A stretch of 63,935 bases of DNA, the filler included, from Welwitschia mirabilis (Eukaryota), in the NCBI GenBank assembly GCA_051453625.1. It is 4 parts of one record of this genome, joined end to end, with 100 filler letters (N's around TTAATTAATTAA, not from the genome) between each part and the next. Parts side by side here need not be neighbours in the genome. Positions count along the whole stretch, not along the records: positions 1 to 31,212 come from JBOZIK010000001.1; positions 31,313 to 43,628 come from JBOZIK010000001.1; 2 more parts are not named here. The stretch is one strand, 5' to 3'. Positions 23,500 through 36,889 of this stretch are shown piece after piece; positions within the stretch are counted from its first letter, which is position 1; each line of letters begins with the position of its first letter. The notes below the pieces were generated by a model. The model was given only the letters and a program-made list of their open reading frames with translations. It ran no database searches and had not been told where the DNA came from. Made by a program: the position numbers and the translations under genes.

Positions 23500-26400
23500 A
23501 CATTTGTAGCTTATGCAACAAAATAATAAGTTAAGTTACATTTTCTTTTATTATACCTTGAGTAAGTTGGATCATATAATTTATCATAAGTTAAGGGTTC
23601 CTCTATTACTAGCTCTAAATATTCTTCAAAGAAGAATAGTAATACTATTATTGGTCATAATAAAAAATTGTGGTCATTTTCTTTTATTACAACCTATTAA
23701 GTTTCCTTAAGACTTTAAAGGACTACATAACAAAGTTCATAAATACTACACCTTTGATGGTGTAGAATTTTTGTTAAAAACTTGTCCAAATAAATGGTTG
23801 GATGATGGATTTGAAATCAAGATTTTAAAATCATTTTGTTTAGTTTTTTTGGTTTTGCATCTTTGAAACTTTTGTTTACTTCAATCTTACATAGTTGTGC
23901 TCTATTACCATGTTGGAAAATTACAAGTTTAGTTAAATATAGTGTAATACTTAATTTATTATAAAATTATTTACAAGTAGTTGATTGTTAAGTACAACAA
24001 ATAAAAGAATCATATGTGAGTTGAGCAAANNNNNNNNNNNNNNNNNNNNNNNNNNNNNNNNNNNNNNNNNNNNNNNNNNNNNNNNNNNNNNNNNNNNNNN
24101 NNNNNNNNNNNNNNNNNNNNNNNNNNNNNTCTGAGTTATAAGTAATCAATATTTTTTGTACAAGATACAAAAAATTTCACTACATAGAAAAAATTAGTTT
24201 GACATCAATTAGCAATTCATAATCCAATATTTTCCACATGAAGTGCTATGATAAACTAGGATGTATAATCTCGTAATGATTAGATCACTTCTATCAATCT
24301 TATGATGGTAGTTGAAACTTTAATCATATTCCAAAAGTACTCTCTCAACTATTGAGTCATCAACTAATTTTAGTTTCTACTACAAAGCATAGAAAATTGA
24401 TGGAGGATAAAGGTAAATATCACTTCATTCTAAATACTTTTTAGATGCACTTTATGTTTGAACAAAATGTAATAAATAAAATTTAAGAAATGTTTAACAT
24501 CTTTTCATCCTCCAATAATATTCATAAATCATAATTAGATTACATTTAAGTTATTGATTTATGTCTTTGTTTTAATAATATTCCTTGCCAAGAAGTATCT
24601 GGCATGAAAAAATATTAATTTTAAAGTTTAAAGTATTAGGTCTCAATTCATGCATTATTCCCATGATGTAGCTATGAATTTCTAGTTAATAAAAGTAGAA
24701 AAAGAGTTATTTTTCTTTCTTTGTTTGAAAGCCAAAGGGACTATGCCTAAGTATCATGTTCACCAGTTTAGAAGAAAAGATAATTATAACACAAGATTTT
24801 TCTCTTACATTTAAAACATCTATTAGTTAATAAGAGAAGAAGTACTAATGATCATGATACTGTGACAATCTTCAAAAATCACTATTATAATAGTTTTTCA
24901 AGAGGGGTAGCCTAGGTAAGAAATCCTAACCATAGGTTGAAATCTGTTCATTCAATTACATTATTATCTTGGATGAATAGTTGAATCTTGTATAACAAGA
25001 CATTTTCTTATTTAAGTTAAAAGATGCAAGAAAATGTATGACTAGTTATAAGATAAAAGTAATAAATGGGATTCAAGTTGAAGCCTTTAAGATTTAATGG
25101 AAAAATGTCACTCACTATTACTTTTCTATAATTACTTAATCTTTTTGGAGGTTAAAACTATTCTGAAAGAATCTTTTAAAAGTAAAGAAGTTCTCTTCAA
25201 AAGGGAAATGAATGATTAGTTAAATTATGAATTAAAAGGCATCATTAAAGATTACTTATGTCTTTTAACCACTCAACAAGTTACCAAAAAATTTCAAGAA
25301 GTCATCAAAGAAATCATTTGTCTTTTTTGTAAACAAAAGGCTTAATTAAATCATTTTGTTGTTTTCAAGATTTATTATAAGTCTCTTATCATTTCTTTCA
25401 TTCTGATGGACTTTATTTTAGTAATTTTTATCATGTTCATTAAAAAAGCCATTTTACCATTGTATAATCGTTTATTTAATTATTTAAATAATTCAAACTT
25501 ATTCTTGTTATTAAAAATAGAAAATGTTTACTCATTTTAGTTATTTTGTCTTAATAGATAAATGGCCTTTCTTAATCCAACAGACTTCTAAAGTATAATA
25601 TTTTACTAAAAGTTTAACATTATAATAGAGTAGTTAGAAAAAAAGTAAAATAATAAAAATATCATTATTTTATCACATGAGCATGTCTAAAATTATTTAT
25701 GATGTTTTAATTAAAAAATTATAAGTTAAATAATTTTAATATTGAAAAATGGGATTGATTATACTAGATAAAATTTTCAAAATTTTCAAACTTATTTATC
25801 AAGTATCTTTAATAAGTTGAAGGAAAGGAAGTGGAAACAAGAGTATTAGTTAATGATAATCTAAATGAAAAAATAAATCAAGAGTAGCTATATTAACTTA
25901 GGAAAATAGTAGAGTGTTAATAAAAACCCAACTAGAAGAAAATTAGCAGACCTTTAAAACAAAATCTAGGTAACTAAGTAACTAGAAGAAAAGGATGAAA
26001 GTTATAGAGAAGATTGTAAATAAAAAAGCTAATAGACTTTATACTCATGATAATGATAATTATCTAAAAGTAAAATTATAATTAGGAGCATGTAAAGAAG
26101 TTAGTGAGTAAAAAAACTATTTGTTCCTTTTACGTACATGCATGAAATAACAACTTCTATAAATGAAATATACATGTAGATAAAAAAGTACCCATTTAAA
26201 TTTTTTTTTTAAATATAACTATTAGGCAAGGACCTGTGGTTGAAATTTAGAGTAGAAATCATGGGTTTCTTAGTCAAGAATTTTAGTTAGTAAAACATTT
26301 TAAGTATTCCTTTAGCCTTAGTAAGTTAAAACTGATATTATTTGTTTCATCATCTGCATTTTTACAAATTAAGTAATTAGATAACTCCAACCTTCTCTAA

Positions 26401-26950
26401 ATAATAGAACATAAATTAAAATTTAATCATATTGAGTATTTTAATTTATAAAACACTATTTTATATTATTTAACCTAAAAAGTAATTTTTGCTTATAATA
26501 AACTAAAGGAAATGGGCAACTAAAAAGTAAAATTAGGTTGAAATACAAGAATGATGAAAACATAATAGGAATTTACAAATAAAAGAATAAAAAAAGGTTG
26601 ATAATATTATATTATATTTAATAATAAATATCAAAAAAAAATTTATACACTTGCTTAAAATAAAAAGGAACTTTTCCATTAACCTCCATAGTAAACTATA
26701 ATTACTCTATATTATAATGGGATATTATTGAAAAAACTTTAGTATTTTCTCTTCTAAAATGCCTATAATCCATCATCAATTCTTTTTTCATTTTTTAAAG
26801 AATTATTATTTTACTAATTGGATACCCCTTTAATTAAGTTCTATCTTAATTTTTGATATTAGAAGGCCATTTCCTTATATTCGTAATTAAAATACTTCTA
26901 ATTTCATTTATTCATCATCTAACATTTCCATTTAATAATGTGAATAACTC
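23500..26950 (-). mobile_element. Highly decayed L1-type LINE ORF2 (RT, zf-RVT, RNase H-like)
   Basis: Colinear minus-strand motif ghosts: FTMEVNGK (~26670-26696, cf. FSVLVNG), RLYNGKMAFL..KITKIKSI (~25405-25470, cf. RL..WK..LS..GRITLIKSV), FMWKILDYELLIDVKL (~24197-24243, cf. FLWKLLHNRLPT), KGVVFMNF (~23732-23757, cf. GWVKLNTDG). Many stops. Confidence 0.4.
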
Positions 26951-27454
26951 TAGTAATTGTTTAAATAGCATTTGGAAATATTTTATTAAAACTTTAATCA
27001 ACTAGATAAATAATTTAATTACTTAAATAGATTTTATATAAACTCTAAGATTTAATAATAATTTATTTAACTAGATAAATTATGTAAGGGATTAAATGTA
27101 TAATAGAATATTTTTAAGTACATAATTGGAAACATATAATTATATTAAAATTTTAATCAAGAATAGTTGGTAAAACATTTATATCCAAACATGTTGGAAA
27201 TATTAAAAATGAAAAATTCTATAAGAGAATTCTTACATCATCCCTTCACCCTGAAAATAATTTTAAAGATTAAGTAATAAAACCATCTAAAAGTTGAATA
27301 ATTTTCCATTATTCTTGAGTCATCCATTTCCTTTTTTTGTAAATTTTAAAATGTACTTGATTAAGTACTTATGTTTTTATTCTTATTTTTTTCTCCTTCT
27401 CATCAAGAGCTGTATGATGCTTTCCTAAGAAAGGGTCTTAAATTCCCTATCTTC

Positions 27455-27730
27455 TCTTTGTACTCCATGATATAATTGTAACTCTTTAATCTTAAAAAGA
27501 GAATAAACACTTATGGGATTAGGTAATTCAAGATCATCTGCATTTTAATTAATATTTCTTCTAATTTTGATTGATTTCATCTTTTTGTATTTTAACTTTT
27601 CTTTCAAGCACTTTGGAATATATGCCTTCTAAGTTATTCCATAACAAAATATTTTTCTTAAAACTCTAGAAGCCTCAAATTTGAACTATTGTTCTCCTTG
27701 TATTTATCATTACTTTGGCTATTCACCTAA
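27455..27730 (-). mobile_element. Ty3/Gypsy integrase C-terminal remnant (CRM-like)
   Basis: SQSNDKYKE...RLLEF*EKYFVME*LRRHIF, then after a frameshift NADDLELPNPISVYSLFKIKELQLYHG. Compare SNAKYK..DKHRR..EFEEGDLVMVHLR.ERF and NAYELELP....FNVSDL.PYHG. Confidence 0.6.
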
Positions 27731-30700
27731 TTAAAAATTTATGTAGCATTATCATTTACTTAATAAAATTATTAATTGAATTAGGAAAATCATCTAAACT
27801 TNNNNNNNNNNNNNNNNNNNNNNNNNNNNNNNNNNNNNNNNNNNNNNNNNNNNNNNNNNNNNNNNNNNNNNNNNNNNNNNNNNNNNNNNNNNNNNNNNNN
27901 NNNNNNNNNNNNNNNNNNNNNNNNNNNNNNNNNNNNNNNNNNNNNNNNNNNNNNNNNNNNNNNNNNNNNNNNNNNNNNNNNNNNNNNNNNNNNNNNNNNN
28001 NNNNNNNNNNNNNNNNNNNNNNNNNNNNNNNNNNNNNNNNNNNNNNNNNNNNNNNNNNNNNNNNNNNNNNNNNNNNNNNNNNNNNNNNNNNNNNNNNNNN
28101 NNNNNNNNNNNNNNNNNNNNNNNNNNNNNNNNNNNNNNNNNNNNNNNNNNNNNNNNNNNNNNNNNNNNNNNNNNNNNNNNNNNNNNNNNNNNNNNNNNNN
28201 NNNNNNNNNNNNNNNNNNNNNNNNNNNNNNNNNNNNNNNNNNNNNNNNNNNNNNNNNNNNNNNNNNNNNNNNNNNNNNNNNNNNNNNNNNNNNNNNNNNN
28301 NNNNNNNNNNNNNNNNNNNNNNNNNNNNNNNNNNNNNNNNNNNNNNNNNNNNNNNNNNNNNNNNNNNNNNNNNNNNNNNNNNNNNNNNNNNNNNNNNNNN
28401 NNNNNNNNNNNNNNNNNNNNNNNNNNNNNNNNNNNNNNNNNNNNNNNNNNNNNNNNNNNNNNNNNNNNNNNNNNNNNNNNNNNNNNNNNNNNNNNNNNNN
28501 NNNNNNNNNNNNNNNNNNNNNNNNNNNNNNNNNNNNNNNNNNNNNNNNNNNNNNNNNNNNNNNNNNNNNNNNNNNNNNNNNNNNNNNNNNNNNNNNNNNN
28601 NNNNNNNNNNNNNNNNNNNNNNNNNNNNNNNNNNNNNNNNNNNNNNNNNNNNNNNNNNNNNNNNNNNNNNNNNNNNNNNNNNNNNNNNNNNNNNNNNNNN
28701 NNNNNNNTTGGAATTATTTTACTTAAACATCTTAAAAAGTTTCTAAAAGTCCTATTCACAACTTTATTTTATTTATTTTTTAGAGGATGGTATAATGAAA
28801 TCATTTTCAATTAAGTTGCTAATAACTTCCTTAAATCTTTTCAAAAATAAGACATAACATTTCTATTACCAATAAGACATGAATTTGGAAAGAAGATAAA
28901 GGAGGTGTGAAGGTTCATGCAATGGCATGTAAGATGATAATGAGGCTAGTTGAATTAGGAGGATGAAGTATTCACAACATTTAAGATAATAGTTTTACTA
29001 CATAAGAAAATATAATCAAGAAGATTAAAGTATAGTGATCCCTCTCATGAATAAATCTAACAATGAAAAAATACAAGGATTAAGAGGCATAGACTAAAAA
29101 AAAGAATAAGGATATGTTTACATTTGGATGTCAAACATGTTGCATATGAGATTTTCTCTAAAATAGAAGAAATATTCCAAATAAAATATTTGCTACAAAA
29201 GAACATAGGAAAAGAGGTAAAAGGACATTATAATAGGGCTACCCAGGAATACAAATCTAACAAATCAATGTAGTTATAAAAACTAATTAAAAGAATAAGA
29301 ACTTGATATTCAACAAACATAAGAATGCAGGATTAGCATATGTTAAATAATAAAAAATCACATTAATGGGGCTCTTGATTAAAACATATCATATGAAACA
29401 CATGACATATATACAAAATAGGAAAATACAAGGTTTTAAAACAAATGATAATAAATGGAAGGGTTTTAATGATAGTTGGATTGAGGAAAAGAGGGTTTAA
29501 ACTTATAAATTTATATGAGGAATGCAATTAACTAGAGCTTAGTAAGAATCTATTCTACTTTGGTTAGATTATGGAAAAGGCATGGTAGGGTTTAAGTGAC
29601 AAGGAGAGTAAGAATGAATAAACTTAGTTTAAATATGTGGAAGTAGTTCTTTGGTTTATCTAACTAGTAAGAAACATGAAAGTTTTTAAGAAGAAAAAGA
29701 AGAATGTAAAGGAAAACATTTAGCAAATTCATTAGAAAATAGTGAAAGTAGAAACTACAAGGAAAATGCAAAAACACCCTCAATTTAAGATAAATAAATA
29801 AAAGAAATCTAGGAGAACCATGAATCTCTAGTAAATAACTCAAGTAATGGATTAGAAATCTTTTACAAACTTGAGGGCAACCCTAATCTTAAAATAAAAA
29901 AAGACATGAAGAATGAAAATTTTGTAATTGAAAACTGATAAATATCCATTAAGAAAAATTTACTAACTAAGGAAACTAGTCTTTCCTAAGATTAAGAGCT
30001 AATATTTTCATGGTTTGTAATGATACAAACAAGGTCCTTGAGAGAAAATCCTAAAAATAAAAAATAGTATATTAAGAAAGTAAAGATTCACCCCCCGGGA
30101 TTTAGTAGCAAAATTTATTAATAAATATTTAATACAAGATAGAAACCAATTCAATCTAAGAGGATCATACTTTAACTTTTTGTTGGCTTTAAAAGAAAGA
30201 AGAATAATAAATTTGCCATGATCTAGTCAAAAACTCTCAGAGATAATATATAAGAAAAGAATTTTGGACTAATTAAGAAAGTTATAAATTTATTAAAATA
30301 TTTGTAATATAATAGAGTAACTATCGTAGATCAGTTAATTTATTGATCTAACTAGTTTTGATTTGTCAAACTTATCCAATCTAGTCTTACATGTGTGGAA
30401 GGATTAAATTAGTAAATGATGATTTAAGTTAATTAAATATGTCTGCAAGATTATAAGACATCTATACTACATAAAGACATCTATATAAAGTAAATATATC
30501 TACATACTATAAAGATATTTGCAAAAAGTAAAGATATCTATAGACCATGAAGATATCTATAGAGGTTGACGACATCTTGACTGAATTATAGAAGCTTCAC
30601 AAAAGACATCCACAAGAAGAAGAAGATGTCCTAGCTGAAACGAAGAAGTTGCATGAATCTAGTAATGACTAAAGACATCTACACATTTAAATATGTCTAT

Positions 30701-30872
30701 AAGACCATGAAACATCTACCATAATTGAATATGTCTAGATAAAATTAGGAAAAAATAATAGACTAAAGATGTCTACACTTATAGGACATGTTTACATCAC
30801 TTGAAGATATCTATAACATGTTACGTCAAGAATTAAAAGAGCCATTAAAAGCATTGAACCTAGTCATTTGAG

Positions 30873-33800
30873 TGACATATTTTGAGTAGCTTTGCAAGAA
30901 ATTTGATAGGTTTATGCTAAGTTTTAACGATAATGGAGAGCTAAGGCAAATATCATAAAAACATGTAATCGTCATTACATTTAATAATAATTCAGATAAA
31001 ATACAATAATTCCTATTTGAAGTAGTAGTCTTGTAATCAGAGAGACTTATTTGATATAAGAAATACCTCTATGAAGCCCATCATCCACCATATCATCTAG
31101 ATGACTATACGAACGATCGAAGAACTCATGCTCATTAGGACACTTACTAGACTAATCTAGAAGCTGATGTGGATCCTATATGATGTGATATCATCTCTTG
31201 TGATGTCTGAATNNNNNNNNNNNNNNNNNNNNNNNNNNNNNNNNNNNNNNNNNNNNTTAATTAATTAANNNNNNNNNNNNNNNNNNNNNNNNNNNNNNNN
31301 NNNNNNNNNNNNTTTGCATTTATGACTAATTGGGATATGAACGAGTCAAGAAAGATATGATGTGGTAGAGGCTAAGGTAGTAGAATAGGAGGTGGGTCCA
31401 TTACTACCATTAGAAATTGAGTAGGTAGAGCTAGTCCACTCTCCATCTTGTTAGGCTCAATCTCTCTTGATTCAAACAATCTCCATTTGAGTAGAGAGAT
31501 ATTTTAGTGATTTCATGAGTTGATTAGAGCTATAGGTGGATTAGAGACTAATAAATTTACGCTCAGATGAATTATAAATGCATATGATACATATTACACC
31601 TTAGATACCAAAGAATTCTATGACTACATGTGTATAGAGAGGCGTTTTAATGCTTGTAACTGACTTGTTAATACAATCATAGCTACCATTCACGATCATG
31701 AGATATCAATTATCCTAAACCACATTACTACTATCATTGATCTAGGTAGCATCGACAATATACATATATAGAAAAGCATCATGCTTATAGCACAGCACTA
31801 GACATATTAGCTAACCTGACTACTAATAAATGGAAAGCTTTGGTGATACAGTTATAGCCTACCTATAGAGGGTTGATTCATAACATTAGTTCTTTAGTCC
31901 ATGATAGTCATGCCATGATTGGTCATCTTCAAATCCTAGCAGTATTCAAGTAGGAGGAGCAAATGAATTTACTGGCATTTATTTGGAGGAGAGTCCTAAT
32001 AGTTATAGAATCTAGGACATCCTTACCTCCTTTTAGCTATGTTTAGATCCTTTAGCTTACTTGAGCCTATAGGAGAGTAGAGACTCACACATATTTATAC
32101 TTCAGCTTGCTATCTATAAGACATGGGAATTCAGATACCAAAAGAGGCAAAGAGACCTCAAGTACAGAGACCTATGGTTGGTATCACTATTAAGTAGCTT
32201 TAAGCTATTATCACAGATATGACCTAAATCATTAGAGAGATGGTAGATTAAGGCATTACTACACTTAAGTAGTGGATCTCTACAGTTGAGAGAAGAGTAT
32301 AATACACTGAGGAGTAATTGATTAATGTGTGTTAGCGCATATTACATATTGAGCATGATGTGATAATTAACCTCTCAAAGGTATTCAAAGTATAGAAAGA
32401 TGAGATGTAACACTCTATTAAGAAATCATTTGATGATTATTTCCTTACAGATCTTGAGCACTCTCCTTCTTTACCACCTGTACCCAAGATTGCTATGCAT
32501 CAGGAATCATTTTCACATGATGAGGGGAGTGGTTTATGATGTTGTATTATGTATTTTCTCTATGTGAATTGTAAAGAAAGTCTTGATTTTTATAGATACA
32601 TCATTTTTATGAGTATCATCATGATGTATATTTTTATTGTTGAGATATTATGCACATCTTTTACATATTAATTTTAACATTTTATGACAAGGAATTTTTT
32701 TAAATGTTATACATGATTAATTTTTAGTATCTACTATACATTTGGGTGGAAGGATGTTAATATCAATGCGTTTTAATGTTTATCTTTTTAAAAATTTTTA
32801 CATAGGCTTTTATTTTTGAAGATTAATTTTTGAGCTTGTTGTCCCCTCCATCATTCAGACAACCACCATGATGACAACACAGCCACTTGCACCGCATAGG
32901 TAAAACTTTAAGTTATTTGTTTTTGACATTTCTATTCTACAATTTGAGATTCTTGAGATTATTTTTGAGTTTATTTCATAGTTTTCTATTTGATTTATCT
33001 TGGATTATAATTATGGTTATTCATGTGATTANNNNNNNNNNNNNNNNNNNNNNNTGAAGGGCTATGTTGCACTACCAAATTATATGTATTTTATAGGATC
33101 CATTATTATCAAAAATTAGTACAAACCTATGGAATGTATTACAAAACTACATTTAATAATAAAAACATGCAATCTTCATTACATTTAATAACAATTTAGA
33201 CAAAACACAACACTTCCTATCTAAAGCAACAATCCTGCAAGCAGAGAGACTGATTTGACACAAGAAATACCTTTATAAAATCCATTGTCCACTCTATTAT
33301 CCAAATGACTATACAAATGACAAAAGAACTCATGTTGATTAGGACACTTACTAGACTAATCTGATAACTAATGTGGATCTTTTATGATATGGCATCATCT
33401 CCTATGACATCTAAATGACTAGCAAGATGACACCTAAAAATAATGCTTTAATAAACTTCATCAAAATTTTTCATGTATTGTGCATCTTTTTACTTGGTTA
33501 TTAGCATTTTACCACATTTGCTACTGTTTGCTATTTTTAGAGTTTATTATTATAATAAATACCTATTTCATCCTTGATTCCAACTTTTATCTTCTTTGGC
33601 ACCAGAAATTCTCATGACAAGAGATCAGAGGATAGGAGATCCATATCTTGTTATTACAAAAGAACACCTTCCTTATATTAGGCTATGTATTCTTCATCAA
33701 TTTGCTGCTATTTTATAATAAGGTTGTTTGTTTAGCTTAATCAAAACTCTATTTTTCTTTTTATATCTTTTGTTTTATGCATATTTCTTGTTGTTTATAT

Positions 33801-34322
33801 TACTTATGATTCTGTGATAGCTTCATCTATGATATAGATCATGAGGGTAACCTTTGTTAAGCTTGACATTATTAGTTTAGGTGCATTGCATTTCATTTCC
33901 TTGATTAACTTTGCATTATTTTCATATTTTATTCTTTGTACCTTGTAGCTTAGGTTGGTCTTGGTCTAGTGACGACTTTTCTTGATTGATCTAAGTTATA
34001 CAGGGCTGATCTTTGTGAGAGGTTGATTTGGTAATCGAATAAATGTTGCATTTAAAATAAAACATATATTTCATTTGCATAGTATATTTATTTGCATTAT
34101 TACTTTGCATTGTTATTATTCTAGTTAGAGATTACATAAGTATTTCATTTTGAAATCAATTTGCTTTCTTCTCACCTATGCCTTCGATGGAATTATGATA
34201 TTTGAGTAATCCCCATCTATATTAGTATGCTATATCATGCAATATATATATATATATATATATATTTTGATGATTTTTAGGATTTGTTCAAGGATGTAAT
34301 GGTTACACAAATATGCATAACA
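30873..34322 (+). mobile_element. Nested Athila/Tat-like LTR element with no recognisable pol
   Basis: Internal direct repeats 30955-31212 vs 33160-33416. GAAGGGCTA-TGTTG at ~33056-33069 (PPT/LTR start-like). The 3' end ...GCCTTCGATGGAATTATGAT...GCATAACA is homologous to the LTR ends at 38125 and 58623 (minus). Confidence 0.55.
31257..31268. other. Assembly spacer TTAATTAATTAA inside an N gap (also at 43673-43684 and 62863-62874)
   Basis: The identical 12-mer, which gives stops in all six frames, is centred in three 100-bp gaps. Confidence 0.9.
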
Positions 34323-35558
34323 ATAGATGTATAAACTATTTACACATTAAATATAATCATTTTGAATGACTTTCAAATCATTTACAGTTAAAAATAGGCA
34401 TTTTTAATGCTGTTCAAGCTATTGTTCATGCCAAACCAAGCTAATTTAAATGTTGCTCAAGTTTTTTATAAGTATTCCTTAAAGAAAACCCTAAATGAAG
34501 AATCAATAAATGGATAAAATCAAAATCTTAAGTAAAAAAGAATTAACATAAATAGATGCAAGAATCTAATTATAAGAGATGACATTTTATGTTCTTCAAA
34601 ACAATCTTTAAAATAGATTGAATAGATTCTCTTTGTTAGAAGGTTTAATTAAATGCTTTAATGATAGATCCAAGGAAGCTATTATAAGGATATAACATCT
34701 ATGAGAAAATAAGAGATTCATCACTATTTAAGAATAAACCATTTACTATTACATTAAGGATAGAAATTAGATCTGTAATACTTTGTTGCTTCTTCTTCCT
34801 TTTTCTTCTCAAGCAAGCTTATTTATATTATAGAAGTTTTATGCATTCCAATATTCTTGGTTGCTTTCTCTAAAGCACATTGGACTATAAAGGTTGAAAA
34901 TCTAATTTTTCTATAATCTACATTAGTCTCAAATTTGTATTGAAATTCCAGTTTGTTTCATAAGGGTATTTATATTGTTGGATATGGTTTGGGATTTAAA
35001 GTTATGAATTGTATCATATATGGCCTTCTAGTATGCTCTTATGAGAGACATTTTGATTGTAAGCTTAGTGGTAAGATTGAAACCATAATTTTCTTATAAT
35101 ACTAGTGGTGATCCTTAAATCACTATTTGATTATAAAGTTATGATGAGCCTAAAACCATAATGTGTAGATTTCAGGAAGTTGAGTTAACTATCTACAATG
35201 GATCAACTCCATTGTATTATGATTTGAAAGGTTATTAGTCGGTCTTAAATAACAATGATATCTTGCAGGGCTTAGTTAGTTGTCTTGTAAGCAATTCAGT
35301 ATAATTTGAATCTTATATAGTGGAACATAAGCCTTAAACCATGCAATTTGAGAAAGGAACATGATTTGGAGATCTAAAGGTTTTAGCCCTTTATGTGTGG
35401 ACTATCCAAGTTGGGAACCATGTTATCTAATAAGAATTTTCATTTTTGCAATGTTTTAAATTTTTTTATTATCTAATTATTTTTATTTAATTTTATTATT
35501 ATAAATTTTTTTTGGTAATCTCATTTATTATTTCCATCTAAGTCTAATAATCTATAAG

Positions 35559-36830
35559 GGGTATCAAAGTGGGTACTCCAAAAAGTCATATGAACCTTGA
35601 GTAAACTATAAATGAGAGGTTCTCAATTGGTGGACCTCCACTCTTTAATGGGACTAATTATTCCTATTAAAAAATGAGGATATTGGTGTACTTATTATCA
35701 CTTATTTTGAAGTGTCAGAGGTCATAGAAGATGGATAAACAATATCTATTAAAACAACAACACTATAGGTGTATGTAGCACTAAATTAAATGATAGAAAA
35801 ACCTAGACACATGATGAAAATAAGGCACACATGTTTGATGTTAAGGCTAAAAATGCCTTGTACTATGCTCTCTCAGATAAAGAGTTTAAAAGATAGGTAG
35901 GATGTAATAGTGAAAAGGAAGTTTGTGATGTATTAGGAGATACTTATAAAGGCACATTGATAGTTTAATAGTCTAAGTTAGTAATGATGACAAATTAGTT
36001 CCAGAATTTCAAAATGAATAAAGGTAAAAGAATAAATGAATACTTCAGTAGAGTAAGCAAAATTATAAATTACATCCATGAAATTAATGAATATCTATCA
36101 AAAGAGAAGGTGAATCAATAGGTTATTAGATTAATCATGCTAACTTATAGACACAAGATTATTACCATGAATGAGTCAAGGAAATTTATTGTAATAAAGT
36201 TTAAAGAATTGTAAAACACCCTAATAGCATATGATGTAAAACATCCTAATAGCATATGATTTGAACCCAATTAAAGATGAAGTCATTAGAGAGAACTCCA
36301 TAGTGCTTAAATAAAATGATACATTAAAGCATGATATTAAAGTAAGACCTAAAACGGCTTTAAATAATGAGTTAGGTGATGATGATGAACTTGCATTAAC
36401 CTCCAAAATAGTCAAATACCCCGTATTTAAAGGACACAAGAGAAAAAACACTAATTAAGACCATCGAAACATAATCTAGAAGTAATAATAAAGATAAGAA
36501 CATTTAGTTTTCTAAAAATGATTTCTTTGATGTAGAATGTTGGAATTAGAGGAAGAGAACCACCTTACTTTAGATTTTTCAACTACTAATAAGATGCCTG
36601 AAAAATGTAAAATAAAGAATGTGGAAAGATGAAGATCTTCTACACTAGCTGGGATGATGACAATAAGATCATAAAGGAAGAATTCGTAGATGAAAAGAAA
36701 AGCACCTATCCATCATTCATTACATTCATCCTTGATACTCAAGACTTAGAATTTCAAACTTGTAATGATCTTAGTGATTAGTGATGAAGAAGGTTATCTT
36801 ACTTTATAAGAAAAGTATGAATGACTTTGA
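35559..36830 (+). mobile_element. Copia/Sirevirus PBS and gag pseudogene
   Basis: PBS GGTATCAAAGT (cf. TGGTATCAGAGC). From ATG 35590: GPPLFNGTNYSY*KMRI, DVKAKNALYYALSDKEFKR*VGCNSEKEVCDVLGDTYKGT, SKLVMMTN*FQNFKMNKGKRINEYFSRV, eroded zinc knuckle VECWN, and FYTSWDDD. Confidence 0.85.
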
Positions 36831-36889
36831 GATGAATTTGTTAATATTCAAAAATTGTTCATTGTTGCAATGTCAAATTATATGTATAT

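Larger units (their letters stand above)
30341..35557 (+). mobile_element. 5' LTR of a Sirevirus-like Copia element, interrupted by a nested insertion (~30873-34322)
   Basis: Start TATTGATCTAACTAGTTTTGATTTGTCAAAC and end TAATAATCTATAA align with 50463-52134. The SIRE LTR sequence resumes at ~34323 where it broke off at ~30873. Confidence 0.65.

Noticed and set aside
28750..30330. Possible LINE ORF1 remnant, plus endonuclease-like ghosts at ~52990-53110 and ~56320-56400
   Set aside because: Only faint motif resemblance with many stops; not supportable without a profile search.
31257..31268. Recurrent palindrome TTAATTAATTAA (three times)
   Set aside because: Always centred in an N run; an artificial six-frame-stop spacer.
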